A stretch of 64,000 bases of DNA from an uncultured Bacilli bacterium (GCA_947586825.1 CANPXU010000004.1:4939-68938), one strand, 5' to 3'. Counted from the stretch's first letter, positions 29,551-37,784 are shown. Translations and numbers: made by a program. Notes: generated by a model from the sequence alone, not told the origin.

Positions 29551-30186
29551 TTATGGTTCAATATATTCTTTGCCAAGGTATTCAACTACCGCTTTGATTT
29601 TTTGCTCACTAAAGTTTTTCCAATTATCATCATTATAATAGTAAGCAAAATCTTCTTCATTGCTTAAATAGCTACCTTCAAAAATAAAATTATTAGTTTT
29701 AAAGCAATCATGAGGAATCCTTATAACAGCATAATAGTCATTGAAATAATACATTTGACGGTTACTCTTATCAAACATTTCACCATCCACAAAGTTTCTC
29801 GTATATACCCTAACATGGTCTTCCGTTATTTCGTAGGTCTTTTCCCAAGCATTTGCAATGTTATTTACAAGGACAAGTTCCTTGGTTGTAGCCTTCGCCG
29901 GAACTAGTATTTCCCATCCAGATAAAGTTTTTATATCATTACTATTATGATGATTACTATAGCTTACTTTAGCAACTGATCCATAATAACCTACGGCAAG
30001 CCCTTTACGGCTTATATCTGGAATATTATCATTTCCTAAAACTTTTCCATATGAATAATCATCCCGAAGAAGCAGTACATTAAGTCCATGCTCTTCATAA
30101 CGGGCTTTTTCATATTCACTTTGAATTAAGTTAAGCGTTTTCTCATCGATTACATCATTAAAGGCCCCGATATCGTCACCACCATG
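29551..30186 (-). pseudogene. 3' half of an N-acetylmuramoyl-L-alanine amidase (Amidase_3) gene split by the ICE
   Basis: Own translation of the Met-less open frame: (H)GGDDIGAFNDVIDEKTLNLIQSEYEKARYEEHGLNVLLLRDD...VSYSNHHNSNDIKTLSGWEILVP...KEYIEP*. The ORF track reports only the last 79 aa. Confidence 0.85.
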
Positions 30187-30210
30187 TCGTGGGTACTTGG
30201 TAACAAGGTA
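30187..30210. repeat. Left-end attachment-site arm (inverted repeat partner of 60212-60235)
   Basis: The reverse complement TACCTTGTTACCAAGTACCCACGA matches CCACCTTGTTATCAAGTATCCTTG at the right end (core ACCTTGTTAYCAAGTAYCC, 17/19). Confidence 0.8.
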
Positions 30211-30211
30211 A

Positions 30212-31831
30212 TTAGTCTAAATTAATGATATTCAAATGAATATCTATATCTCTACTTTTATCTTCTTTATTAACTTTACCTATTTTAACTACATCAACAA
30301 ATTCGTCAACAATTTCTTTAGTTAGTTTATCAATATGTCTATATTTTTCAAAAATATCTTTACTTGTTTTAATGTTGTTTTCCTTTTCCTTTATAGTACA
30401 TAATTCATCATTGATAATTGCAAGCCGTTTATTATACTCTTCAATTTCTTTTACAAATTTATCCTTAAATATCATAAAATCTTCTTGAGAAATTATACCT
30501 TCTAATTTATCTTCATATAAAGATTTATAATGATCTCGTTTTTTAGCTATTTTTTCTTCTAATAATTTCTTTTCATTATTTAATGCATCACTTTTACTTA
30601 AAGTAACACTGTCTAAAGACTTTTTTTGTAAAATATATAATCTTTGTAGTTCATCTACACTATAATATAAGTCTAATTGTTTATTTATTTCATCTAGTAT
30701 TATTTTTTCTAGCCTATCACATCGTATAGCTTTATTGTTATCACAATCTCTGCTAGCTAACAATCTGCCTTTGCATTTCAAATATGGTATATGTCCATCT
30801 TTTAAGTGGTATCTTTCTCTTTTGAAACAACAGCCACACTCTTTGCAGTAAACCTTTCGACTTAACATATATACTTGTCCTATTGACCTACTTATTTTAG
30901 TGTTAGATTCAAGCCTCTTTTTAACTGCATTCCAAGTATCCATATCGATTATTGCCTCATGAGTTCCATAAGAATATGTCCATTTTTCTTTTGGATTAAT
31001 AATGGATTTATGATTTTTATAACTAACATAAGTTCTTTTTCCTTGAACTAAATTACCTATATAAACTTCATTTCTTAATATTCTATAAATAGTATCCTGA
31101 GACCATTTTGTTTTTTCTTTAAATTTTGCTGTTCTACATACATATTTGCTTCCATTTGCTTTTTTATAATTAGTAGGAGTAATAATGCCTTTTTCATTCA
31201 AAATGTTAGCAATTCTAATATAGCCTAAGCCTGATTTTGATAAGTTAAATATCAATTTTACAGTTTCGGCTGCAACAGGATCTATTAATAGTTTATTTTT
31301 ATTTGATGGATCTTTCATATATCCATATGGAGCAAATGACCCTAAATACAAACCATCTTCTCTTTTATTTTTTAAAGATTTCCTTATGTTAGCTGATAAA
31401 TCTTCTAAATACCATTCGTTTATTAAACCGTTAATTTGTCTTGCTTTCTTATTAGATTCAATACTTGTATCAGCATTATCAACAATACTTACAAATCTAA
31501 CACCCCATTCAATAAACTTATTATGAAGATATTTCTCTATAACTTCCATATCTCTAGAAAATCTACTCTGAGTTTTACACAAAACTATATCTACAACTCC
31601 GTTTTCACAATCTTTTAATAATTTTTGAAACGCAGGCCTTGTACTATCTGCACCAGAATAATCATCATCACTATAAACATTTATTACTTCCCATTCATGT
31701 TCTAACGCATATTTTAATAACATACTTTTTTGATTAACAATAGATTCACTATCATCATCTTTGCTTTTTTTATACCTATCTTCATCTGAAAGCCTTACAT
31801 AAATATCAACTTTTTTCCTTATAGAACTCAA
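30212..31831 (-). CDS. Large serine recombinase (ICE integrase)
   Basis: Resolvase catalytic domain (VDIYVRLSDEDR...IVNQ), recombinase domain, zinc-ribbon (CKECGCCF...YLKCKGR) and a C-terminal coiled coil. The track start is TTG. An in-frame ATT at 31891 lies 8 nt after a strong GGAGG, so the start is uncertain. Confidence 0.9.
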   Translation of the reverse strand: MSSIRKKVDIYVRLSDEDRYKKSKDDDSESIVNQKSMLLKYALEHEWEVINVYSDDDYSGADSTRPAFQKLLKDCENGVVDIVLCKTQSRFSRDMEVIEKYLHNKFIEWGVRFVSIVDNADTSIESNKKARQINGLINEWYLEDLSANIRKSLKNKREDGLYLGSFAPYGYMKDPSNKNKLLIDPVAAETVKLIFNLSKSGLGYIRIANILNEKGIITPTNYKKANGSKYVCRTAKFKEKTKWSQDTIYRILRNEVYIGNLVQGKRTYVSYKNHKSIINPKEKWTYSYGTHEAIIDMDTWNAVKKRLESNTKISRSIGQVYMLSRKVYCKECGCCFKRERYHLKDGHIPYLKCKGRLLASRDCDNNKAIRCDRLEKIILDEINKQLDLYYSVDELQRLYILQKKSLDSVTLSKSDALNNEKKLLEEKIAKKRDHYKSLYEDKLEGIISQEDFMIFKDKFVKEIEEYNKRLAIINDELCTIKEKENNIKTSKDIFEKYRHIDKLTKEIVDEFVDVVKIGKVNKEDKSRDIDIHLNIINLD

Positions 31832-31966
31832 TTCTTCTACTTCTTCACTTTTAAAATTTACTTCATCATTTGGAAGTCTGATACTATTAATATAAAATGC
31901 CTCCTTTCTTTCAACAAGATTTTAAGATAAGATGTTAAAAATTTGTAATGTACTAAATTTAAATTG

Positions 31967-32107
31967 TTACATTTGACAAACATCATTATTTTGTTCTAAT
32001 AAAATTATTAATTTTAGTAATTTTTGATTAAAAGCTTTTTTTATGATGCTTTTATCATCAGAATCACAATTTATAAAAGTATTAACATTATATTTAATGT
32101 CATTCAA
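31967..32107 (-). CDS. Hypothetical 46-aa ORF (TTG start) between the TA pair and the recombinase
   Basis: GGGAGG lies 9 nt upstream of TTG at 32107. Translation is (M)NDIKYNVNTFINCDSDDKSIIKKAFNQKLLKLIILLEQNNDVCQM*. There is no homology evidence. Confidence 0.2.
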   Translation of the reverse strand: MNDIKYNVNTFINCDSDDKSIIKKAFNQKLLKLIILLEQNNDVCQM

Positions 32108-32217
32108 ATCATCATTCCTCCCTTTTAACTTTATGCAATAATATTCTAAACTTGCATATACATAATAACGAATGTTTTTATAAATAATAGAAAGCTATTA
32201 ATTACATAATATAAATA

Positions 32218-32580
32218 CTATTTATTGATATAAAATAAATCCATAAGAGCGTTATCAATTTCTTTTAATTGCTCGTTTTTAATAGTTCCAACATAGCCCT
32301 TTAATCTTTTTTTATCAATTACTCTAATTTGCTCCAACATTACTATAGAATTTGGTCTTATAGTATCAAATTGTTTTACTAATACATGACTTGGAAGTTC
32401 TATATTTTTTTTAGTAGATATAGGAGCAATAATTGTTGTTGGACCATGTTCATTACCAATATCATTTTGTATTACTACCACTGGCCTTATTCCACTCTGT
32501 TCACTACCAATAGTAGGATTTAAATCCGCATAAAAAATAGATCCTTTAACTATTTTCTTCATCTGTATCATCCTTTCCAT
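32218..32580 (-). CDS. mazF: MazF/PemK-family type II toxin endoribonuclease
   Basis: GSIFYADLNPTIGSEQSGIRPVVVIQNDIGNEHGPTTIIAPIS...MLEQIRVIDKKRL matches the PemK/MazF consensus. Confidence 0.85.
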   Translation of the reverse strand: MERMIQMKKIVKGSIFYADLNPTIGSEQSGIRPVVVIQNDIGNEHGPTTIIAPISTKKNIELPSHVLVKQFDTIRPNSIVMLEQIRVIDKKRLKGYVGTIKNEQLKEIDNALMDLFYINK

Positions 32581-32746
32581 TTTTTAATTCCCTAATTTTA
32601 ACTGATATATTCTTTCGCACATAAGGCAAATCTAGAATTCTACTATCATTAATAATCGTGTTAACTTGTTCTTTAATTTCAGCTTTTTCTTCACCTTCTA
32701 AAGTAAAAGAATATCGTTTATTAATTTTTATTTTATACTTTTTCAT
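32546..32746 (-). CDS. Putative cognate antitoxin (66 aa, acidic C-terminus)
   Basis: It overlaps the mazF start by 35 nt and is small with an acidic tail (KDDTDEENS). I recognise no AbrB/MazE-like motif. Confidence 0.5.
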   Translation of the reverse strand: MKKYKIKINKRYSFTLEGEEKAEIKEQVNTIINDSRILDLPYVRKNISVKIRELKNGKDDTDEENS

Positions 32747-32767
32747 ATATGATCCTTTCTTATGTAC

Positions 32768-32789
32768 TTAATGCCAAGAGTGGCATTAA
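32768..32789. promoter_or_regulatory. Palindrome upstream of the TA operon (candidate operator or 5' hairpin)
   Basis: TTAATGCCA-AGAG-TGGCATTAA (9-bp arms) starts 22 nt upstream of the antitoxin ATG. Confidence 0.4.
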
Positions 32790-33081
32790 AAATTATTATT
32801 GTGTTAATATTATTTCTACTCCCTTAACACAGGGATTCATCAAACGGTTATTTGCTAAATAACACCATAGGAATTTCACCTTCTTGTGGTTCATCACAAA
32901 ATCGCATCCATTGCTTGAGTCTGTGGCTATGCGAAAGTATCATTATTACTAATATGCTTTATGGCAGATTAGGAGCAATCTAATTTTATAGTCAAGTATT
33001 AATCGACAAGCGTACTTACTAATGTGCTACACATATTAGGAATGTATTTGATGAATAGATAATAGAAGTGATTACTTGTTT

Positions 33082-33128
33082 AAAAAAAGAAACAAGTGGA
33101 AGGTATAATTTGCCCTCCTACTTGTTTC
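33082..33128 (-). terminator. Rho-independent terminator of the sigma-like gene
   Basis: Minus strand: GAAACAAGT...(22-nt loop)...ACTTGTTTC followed by T7. Confidence 0.7.
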
Positions 33129-33153
33129 CTCACTCAAAGTCAAAAAGTATAGT

Positions 33154-33624
33154 CTAATTTTTTAATTTTTTCGAAATTTTTTCTAAAGCAATATCAATGC
33201 TAAACTTAACAGCCATTTTTGTACAATGTTCTTCATTTGCAATTTCTTCAAAAGTCATATCATCAAAGTAATATTTTTTTAACCTGTTTCGTTGGATCGA
33301 AGGCAGCTCTTTAATAGCTTTTTTTAATTCTTCATATAAAATATTATTTTCAACGATTTCATCGACTAATGGTGTCTTATTAGCAGCTTTTGAAGGCAAA
33401 TTATTTTCTAAAATATCTGAATGTTCTATATGGCGATCATATTCATTTAATATTTTAATATCATCAAGTTCAAACTTATCAAAAGCATAATATACTTCTT
33501 TATTAACTTTAACATTTTGCAAATGCCCTTTAGCATCTTTAAAAGTTACAATATATGTATTTTCAGAATAATTTAAAATATACGGATTATCTTTGCTTTT
33601 TCTTCTTTTTGGGCAATTACCCAT
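33154..33624 (-). CDS. Sigma-70 region-4-type DNA-binding regulator (ICE sigma-like factor)
   Basis: C-terminal LPSIQRNRLKKYYFDDMTFEEIANEEHCTKMAVKFSIDIALEKISKKL is a region-4 HTH. It resembles the Tn916 Orf7-type small sigma-like proteins as I remember them. Confidence 0.65.
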   Translation of the reverse strand: MGNCPKRRKSKDNPYILNYSENTYIVTFKDAKGHLQNVKVNKEVYYAFDKFELDDIKILNEYDRHIEHSDILENNLPSKAANKTPLVDEIVENNILYEELKKAIKELPSIQRNRLKKYYFDDMTFEEIANEEHCTKMAVKFSIDIALEKISKKLKN

Positions 33625-33639
33625 TTTTATTTCCTCCTA

Positions 33640-33865
33640 TCAATTTGTTTTTTGTTTCAAATTGATAGAAGGTGGGCTTCTACAGCCACATATTTTCATG
33701 CAAATAAAAAAGCCGAGCATTCTCCCCAAAACCTGGGTAAGATGCTCGGCTTCAATTAGCAAATATACTACTTGTAATAATTCTTCGCAGTATTCTTCAT
33801 CATCATGCATAGGTAACCAGCTCCTATCACAAGCAATTACCTTTTAAGGCAAAGAAGAATACTGC
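33640..33865 (-). promoter_or_regulatory. Structured leader upstream of the sigma-like gene (long-range stem + 56-codon ORF + internal terminator)
   Basis: The 12-bp stem GCAGTATTCTTC (33787-33798) / GAAGAATACTGC (33854-33865) encloses the SD GGAG and ATG at 33810. The ORF MHDDEEYCEELLQVVYLLIEAEHLTQVLGRMLGFF... ends at TGA 33640-33642, 13 nt before the sigma ATG. Confidence 0.5.
33706..33750 (-). terminator. Intrinsic terminator inside the sigma leader
   Basis: Minus strand: GCCGAGCAT-(21 nt)-ATGCTCGGC followed by T6. The 9-bp stem is GC-rich in an AT-rich context. Confidence 0.7.
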
Positions 33866-34183
33866 TAAAACTTTGCTTTTTATAATAGTTTTGTAATTCA
33901 AGAAATTAAATTCAATTGTACTACATTATAAGACAAGGTTCTTGCTTACCTCGTAATTATAAGACATTAATTTTAAAAGAAATGTAGAATTATGTCGAAT
34001 TTAAAATAGTTCTTAAAGTTAATCTATGTGTTGCAAATTAGAATAAATTTTTACTAAGGCTCTCTTTTTATTTTTGCAATACTTTTACATATTTCCTTAT
34101 AATATTCGTATATCTAAACATTTGTTTTTAGCAAAGCTATTAGCCATTTTTTTAAAATCTTGGTTAAAAGCATTTACGTGTAT

Positions 34184-34218
34184 AAAAAAACTCATAATCT
34201 TTTTCAAGAAATGAGTTT
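34184..34218 (-). terminator. Terminator closing the cargo block (after the lipoprotein gene)
   Basis: AAACTCAT...ATGAGTTT hairpin with T7 on the minus strand and a T-rich tail on the plus strand. Confidence 0.7.
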
Positions 34219-34357
34219 TATTTATTTTCTTATTAAAAGGCGTTTCAATCACATTGATATTTCATTTCGCTATTTGCACAAATTTCATCATTACAAGTAA
34301 ATACCGATTTAAAGTCTCCTTTTATATTTAAATTTTATTATTAAACCAATGTTTTCA

Positions 34358-34825
34358 TTATTGTATTTCAAATTCAGCACTTATATAAAATTTATTATTA
34401 GGTTTATCATCTTTTTTAAAATATACTTCCTTAATTAAGCGGTACTTTCCCTTAGTAAAATTTCCATACTTACGTGTAAGAAGATCTATCTTTATTTTTA
34501 TTTGCCCTAACTCTTGAGATTTTACTTCTTCTTCATATAAGAAACAACCAACATTGTTAATTTCTTTTAATTCATACCATGTTCCATTTTTTTCTTTTTC
34601 GATACTAAAGCAGTAGTCATAATAAATACTCTGATCACTATTATTAGTAATAGTAAAAGTAGCCCCTTCATTAGTTATTGTTTCTTCGAGATTTTCAATC
34701 AATATATTAGAATTTTCAACTTTTATTTCAGATTTATCAGTCATGGTTACATCAGGTACTTCATTATTTTTATCACAAGAACACACTAAGAATAAACTAA
34801 TAAATAAGAATAATATTTTTTTCAT
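34358..34825 (-). CDS. Small lipoprotein with beta-sandwich-like domain (hypothetical)
   Basis: Signal plus lipobox MKKILFLFISLFLVCSC. The mature part (GATFTITNNSDQSIYYDYCFSIEKEKNGTWYEL...GKYRLIKEV) looks like an Ig-like beta domain. Confidence 0.6.
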   Translation of the reverse strand: MKKILFLFISLFLVCSCDKNNEVPDVTMTDKSEIKVENSNILIENLEETITNEGATFTITNNSDQSIYYDYCFSIEKEKNGTWYELKEINNVGCFLYEEEVKSQELGQIKIKIDLLTRKYGNFTKGKYRLIKEVYFKKDDKPNNKFYISAEFEIQ

Positions 34826-34975
34826 AATCGATTACTCCTTTCGCTGTGTTTAGCACCCACATAGTAATAAAAATTATTGTTTTATCTATTATACAATAAA
34901 CAAATTATTAAACAATTAACTGATTTAATAACAATATCCAGAAATTTAAAACCGTGGATTTTAAAATATTATTTC

Positions 34976-36190
34976 TTAATATAAAGTTATACCTAAAGAG
35001 GTGGTTATATTTCGTATTTTTATAGCATATGATTTATCATTATGCGTTAAAGACATGGTTCCTAATAAGTTAGGAGATTGTTTAAGTTCGAATAATGCTG
35101 ATCCGCTATCTCCTGTTTCATTTACTAAATCAGTTTGTATTAAATCTGTAAGAAATACTTCATCGCCAGTATGTGGGTCTGGTGCAGAATCTGAAGAGTA
35201 TGCAGAAGTTACAGTACCAATAGTAGCACCAGTCACTGCTCCATATTTTCCAACCTTTTGACCAACAAAAGGTAAAGTCGCAGCACCTAAGGTTATTCTA
35301 GGATAATATGGCCAGTTAGGAACGACATTTGAAATAGAGTCTGAAGTTTGTACAAACATTGCATCGACTGTACCACCATCTTTAAAATCTCTTTTTAAAA
35401 TTGGATTTCCATTAAATGTTGTAGTACCATCCATAACACAATGGCCTGCCGTAACATACCCTGCCTTGTTATTATATTTGGCTCTAAACCCTACTGAACA
35501 ACCACCAACTTTGCTACCAGGACTTAATGATGAAGTTAGAATTGCTTTATTGCTAGAATTAAATACTATTAAATTTGAATCTAAAACATTTACACGAAAT
35601 TCCTTTTGTTTGGCATCTGTATTATTCTCTAAATTAACAACAACCCTATTTTTAATAACATCTACATAAAAACCTACTACATTATCATAATGTAATGATG
35701 AAATTAAATCATTCAATGAATTATATATATGCAATAAATCATTAAATGAGTAATCAACATATTCTATAATTTCATTATCAGCAGCATTTGTTGTAGAATA
35801 ATAAGATGAATAAAGAGCATTCTTTGTACTTGGAACTTCATCTTTTACTATTTGTAAAACTAGCTTTTGATCATCATTTATATACATTCCTCCATAATAT
35901 TTTGGATATTCTTCCTCGTCCATGGTTGACGAAATTTTAAGCATATTCTCAATCTTATTCGCAGATTCTACTGCATAATTATTCAAGGAAATTATCTCTT
36001 CATAATTAGAACCATATTTTTCTTCTAAGGCTAAAGCTAAAGCGTTTTGAAATTCCTCAGTTGCACGCATAGCCTCAAAATCTATAGTTTCAGTTTCATT
36101 AATCTTTGTCGATGTATTTTGTTTTTTTGCTATTAAAGAGATTGATAGTGCACTTACCACTATTAATCCTATTGTTAATATTTTTTTCAT
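34976..36190 (-). CDS. Secreted S1-family serine protease, streptogrisin/alpha-lytic-protease-like, with N-terminal pro-region
   Basis: Signal peptide. The catalytic-domain motifs GGCSVGFRAKYNNKAGYVTAGHC (His), VDAMFV (Asp) and ETGDSGSALF (Ser) align with S. griseus protease B as I remember it. Confidence 0.8.
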   Translation of the reverse strand: MKKILTIGLIVVSALSISLIAKKQNTSTKINETETIDFEAMRATEEFQNALALALEEKYGSNYEEIISLNNYAVESANKIENMLKISSTMDEEEYPKYYGGMYINDDQKLVLQIVKDEVPSTKNALYSSYYSTTNAADNEIIEYVDYSFNDLLHIYNSLNDLISSLHYDNVVGFYVDVIKNRVVVNLENNTDAKQKEFRVNVLDSNLIVFNSSNKAILTSSLSPGSKVGGCSVGFRAKYNNKAGYVTAGHCVMDGTTTFNGNPILKRDFKDGGTVDAMFVQTSDSISNVVPNWPYYPRITLGAATLPFVGQKVGKYGAVTGATIGTVTSAYSSDSAPDPHTGDEVFLTDLIQTDLVNETGDSGSALFELKQSPNLLGTMSLTHNDKSYAIKIRNITTSLGITLY

Positions 36191-36254
36191 ATTTTTAATT
36201 CCTTCCTTTTTTATTTTTTTAAATAATCATAACTTAATATTTAATTCATTAACT

Positions 36255-36375
36255 CACATCCTTTTAAAAATTATTGCAATAATTTTTTAGAAGAATTACT
36301 CCTTCTAAAGGCAAAGACAATGTAGCACATTATAATTTTTAAAAGTAGAGAAAAATAAGCACGTTATAATTTAAA
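36255..36375 (-). repeat. Promoter/leader module copy A (upstream of the protease gene)
   Basis: Homologous to 37855-37975, with identical blocks caataattttttagaagaattact, tagcacattataa and aaaataagcac. On the minus strand TATAAT lies at 36329-36334. Confidence 0.7.
36266..36287. promoter_or_regulatory. 22-bp perfect palindrome, candidate operator
   Basis: AAAAATTATTG|CAATAATTTTT, about 45 nt downstream of the module's TATAAT on the minus strand. Confidence 0.5.
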
Positions 36376-36404
36376 AATGGGAGGGATTATATATCCCCTC
36401 TTCC
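36373..36404 (-). terminator. Terminator after the paralog-1 / small exported protein operon
   Basis: Minus strand: GAGGGGAT-ATATA-ATCCCTC(C) followed by CATTTTT. Confidence 0.6.
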
Positions 36405-36448
36405 AATATTTGTAGGTTTAAGTGCTTTTTTGTTTGTTTATATATTTT

Positions 36449-36874
36449 TTAATCATTAATAGAAGTTGTTCCTTCACTAGTGGCTATCCCTTTGTCAACT
36501 ATGTTATTTAAATTATTTTGTGAATTTTCTAACTCGTCTAAACAAATTATTTCAAATATTGGATCTTCCTCTAATGTGTATGGATTACCTTCTGAATCAT
36601 ATTCAACGTGCGAGCGAATAAAAAGAGAAGGTTCTTTACATGTAATTTCCTTTCCTTCATATTCGGCAAATTTATAAGCATCTTCAGTATTAGAATATCC
36701 TTGTTCAATTATTTTATCCTTAAGAGCCTGTAATTTTTCCTCATTTGTTATTTTTGCCTTGTCTTCGTTATTAAGACTTTTAGCAGACGAATTCTCACTT
36801 GTAATAAATAGTATACCGATAGTAGCGGCTATTAACGCAGCAACAGCTAATACTATGATTATAGTTTTTTTCAT
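36449..36874 (-). CDS. Small membrane-anchored/exported protein (hypothetical)
   Basis: N-terminal TM MKKTIIIVLAVAALIAATIGILFI. It starts 37 nt downstream of the upstream gene, which suggests co-transcription. Confidence 0.55.
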   Translation of the reverse strand: MKKTIIIVLAVAALIAATIGILFITSENSSAKSLNNEDKAKITNEEKLQALKDKIIEQGYSNTEDAYKFAEYEGKEITCKEPSLFIRSHVEYDSEGNPYTLEEDPIFEIICLDELENSQNNLNNIVDKGIATSEGTTSIND

Positions 36875-36911
36875 TTTTATTTCTCCTTATATACCAAATT
36901 ATATTTTAAAT

Positions 36912-37784
36912 CTAATCCGTAATAGTAAAATAAACTCCTGTCATATTATCATAAGAACTTCTAAGGTTAGCATCACTAAAATATACAGAACCACCTAAAC
37001 CATTAGCATTTAATGTATAACTCATTGATTGAGCAAGCGTTAAAGGCTTAGTAGCATGTTGATATGTTCCATAAAATTTGGTTGTTGTTGCTCCAGTAAA
37101 ATATCCTGAAACAGATATTATATTAATAGGTCGAAATTCATTTCCGCTTCTTATCAAAACAGATGTTCCATAACCATTAGACAGTTTTTTTCTTTGGCTT
37201 TCAGGTGTAAAATATCGCTCAGTATCTCTATGTTCTGCAGCACCATAGGATGTAGCTACAAATGTTCCGCCTGATGATTCCCAACGAATTGCATTAATGT
37301 CATAAGATGATATTTGTGGTATTGTTTTCCATTTTAAAACGCCAAAAATTTCATATTCACTATCAAATTGATAAGCTAGCATATAATATTGTTTGGCATT
37401 AGTTTCCCAGCAAACTACTCCTTCTGAACATAAATCCATAGGCATAATTGGCTCAAAATTATTATATTCTTCTTCAGTTATTTCCTGCTCATAATTAATA
37501 ATTCGACCATTTGCACCTTTAAAAGTACTAGTCATAATATACTTAGTTTCTGAAAATATTTTTTTACAATTTGAAATATCTTCCATTAATAAATCGTAGT
37601 GATCTTGAGATAAAAAATCCACTAATTCCCAACTAGTTGCATCTACAAGATACTCATAATCTTCTTTTGACATAATAACGCCTTTTTGGTTTGTATAATA
37701 TTCGTCTGTATTTTCTAATGCTGATACATTATTAATAGCAGATAAAGATAAAAATACTGCTATAAAACTAAAAAGTTTTTTCAT
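36912..37784 (-). CDS. Secreted protein, cargo paralog 1 (unknown family)
   Basis: Signal peptide MKKLFSFIAVFLSLSAINNVSA. It shares ordered motifs with 38760-39476: YYTN..SKEDYEYL, PIMPMD, ETNAK, LKW...SSYDI, NGYGTSV, GTYQHA, SYDNMTGVYFTI. Confidence 0.7.
   Translation of the reverse strand: MKKLFSFIAVFLSLSAINNVSALENTDEYYTNQKGVIMSKEDYEYLVDATSWELVDFLSQDHYDLLMEDISNCKKIFSETKYIMTSTFKGANGRIINYEQEITEEEYNNFEPIMPMDLCSEGVVCWETNAKQYYMLAYQFDSEYEIFGVLKWKTIPQISSYDINAIRWESSGGTFVATSYGAAEHRDTERYFTPESQRKKLSNGYGTSVLIRSGNEFRPINIISVSGYFTGATTTKFYGTYQHATKPLTLAQSMSYTLNANGLGGSVYFSDANLRSSYDNMTGVYFTITD

Noticed and set aside
29710-29907. A 65-aa plus-strand ORF near the left ICE junction considered as an element-end gene.
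   Set aside because: It is antisense to the conserved Amidase_3 C-terminal coding frame, which explains this DNA.
32880-32960. The motif GGTGAAATTCC (minus strand) together with GCCACTC further downstream looked a little like a cobalamin riboswitch core and B12 box.
   Set aside because: The other conserved cobalamin elements (a GGGAA-type junction, an exact GCCACTG box at the correct distance) are absent. The downstream genes are a toxin-antitoxin pair, so the context does not fit.
33593-33847. An 84-aa plus-strand ORF across the sigma leader.
   Set aside because: It spans the terminator hairpin and leader stems and overlaps the start of the sigma-like gene on the opposite strand. It has no SD and its translation is low-complexity.
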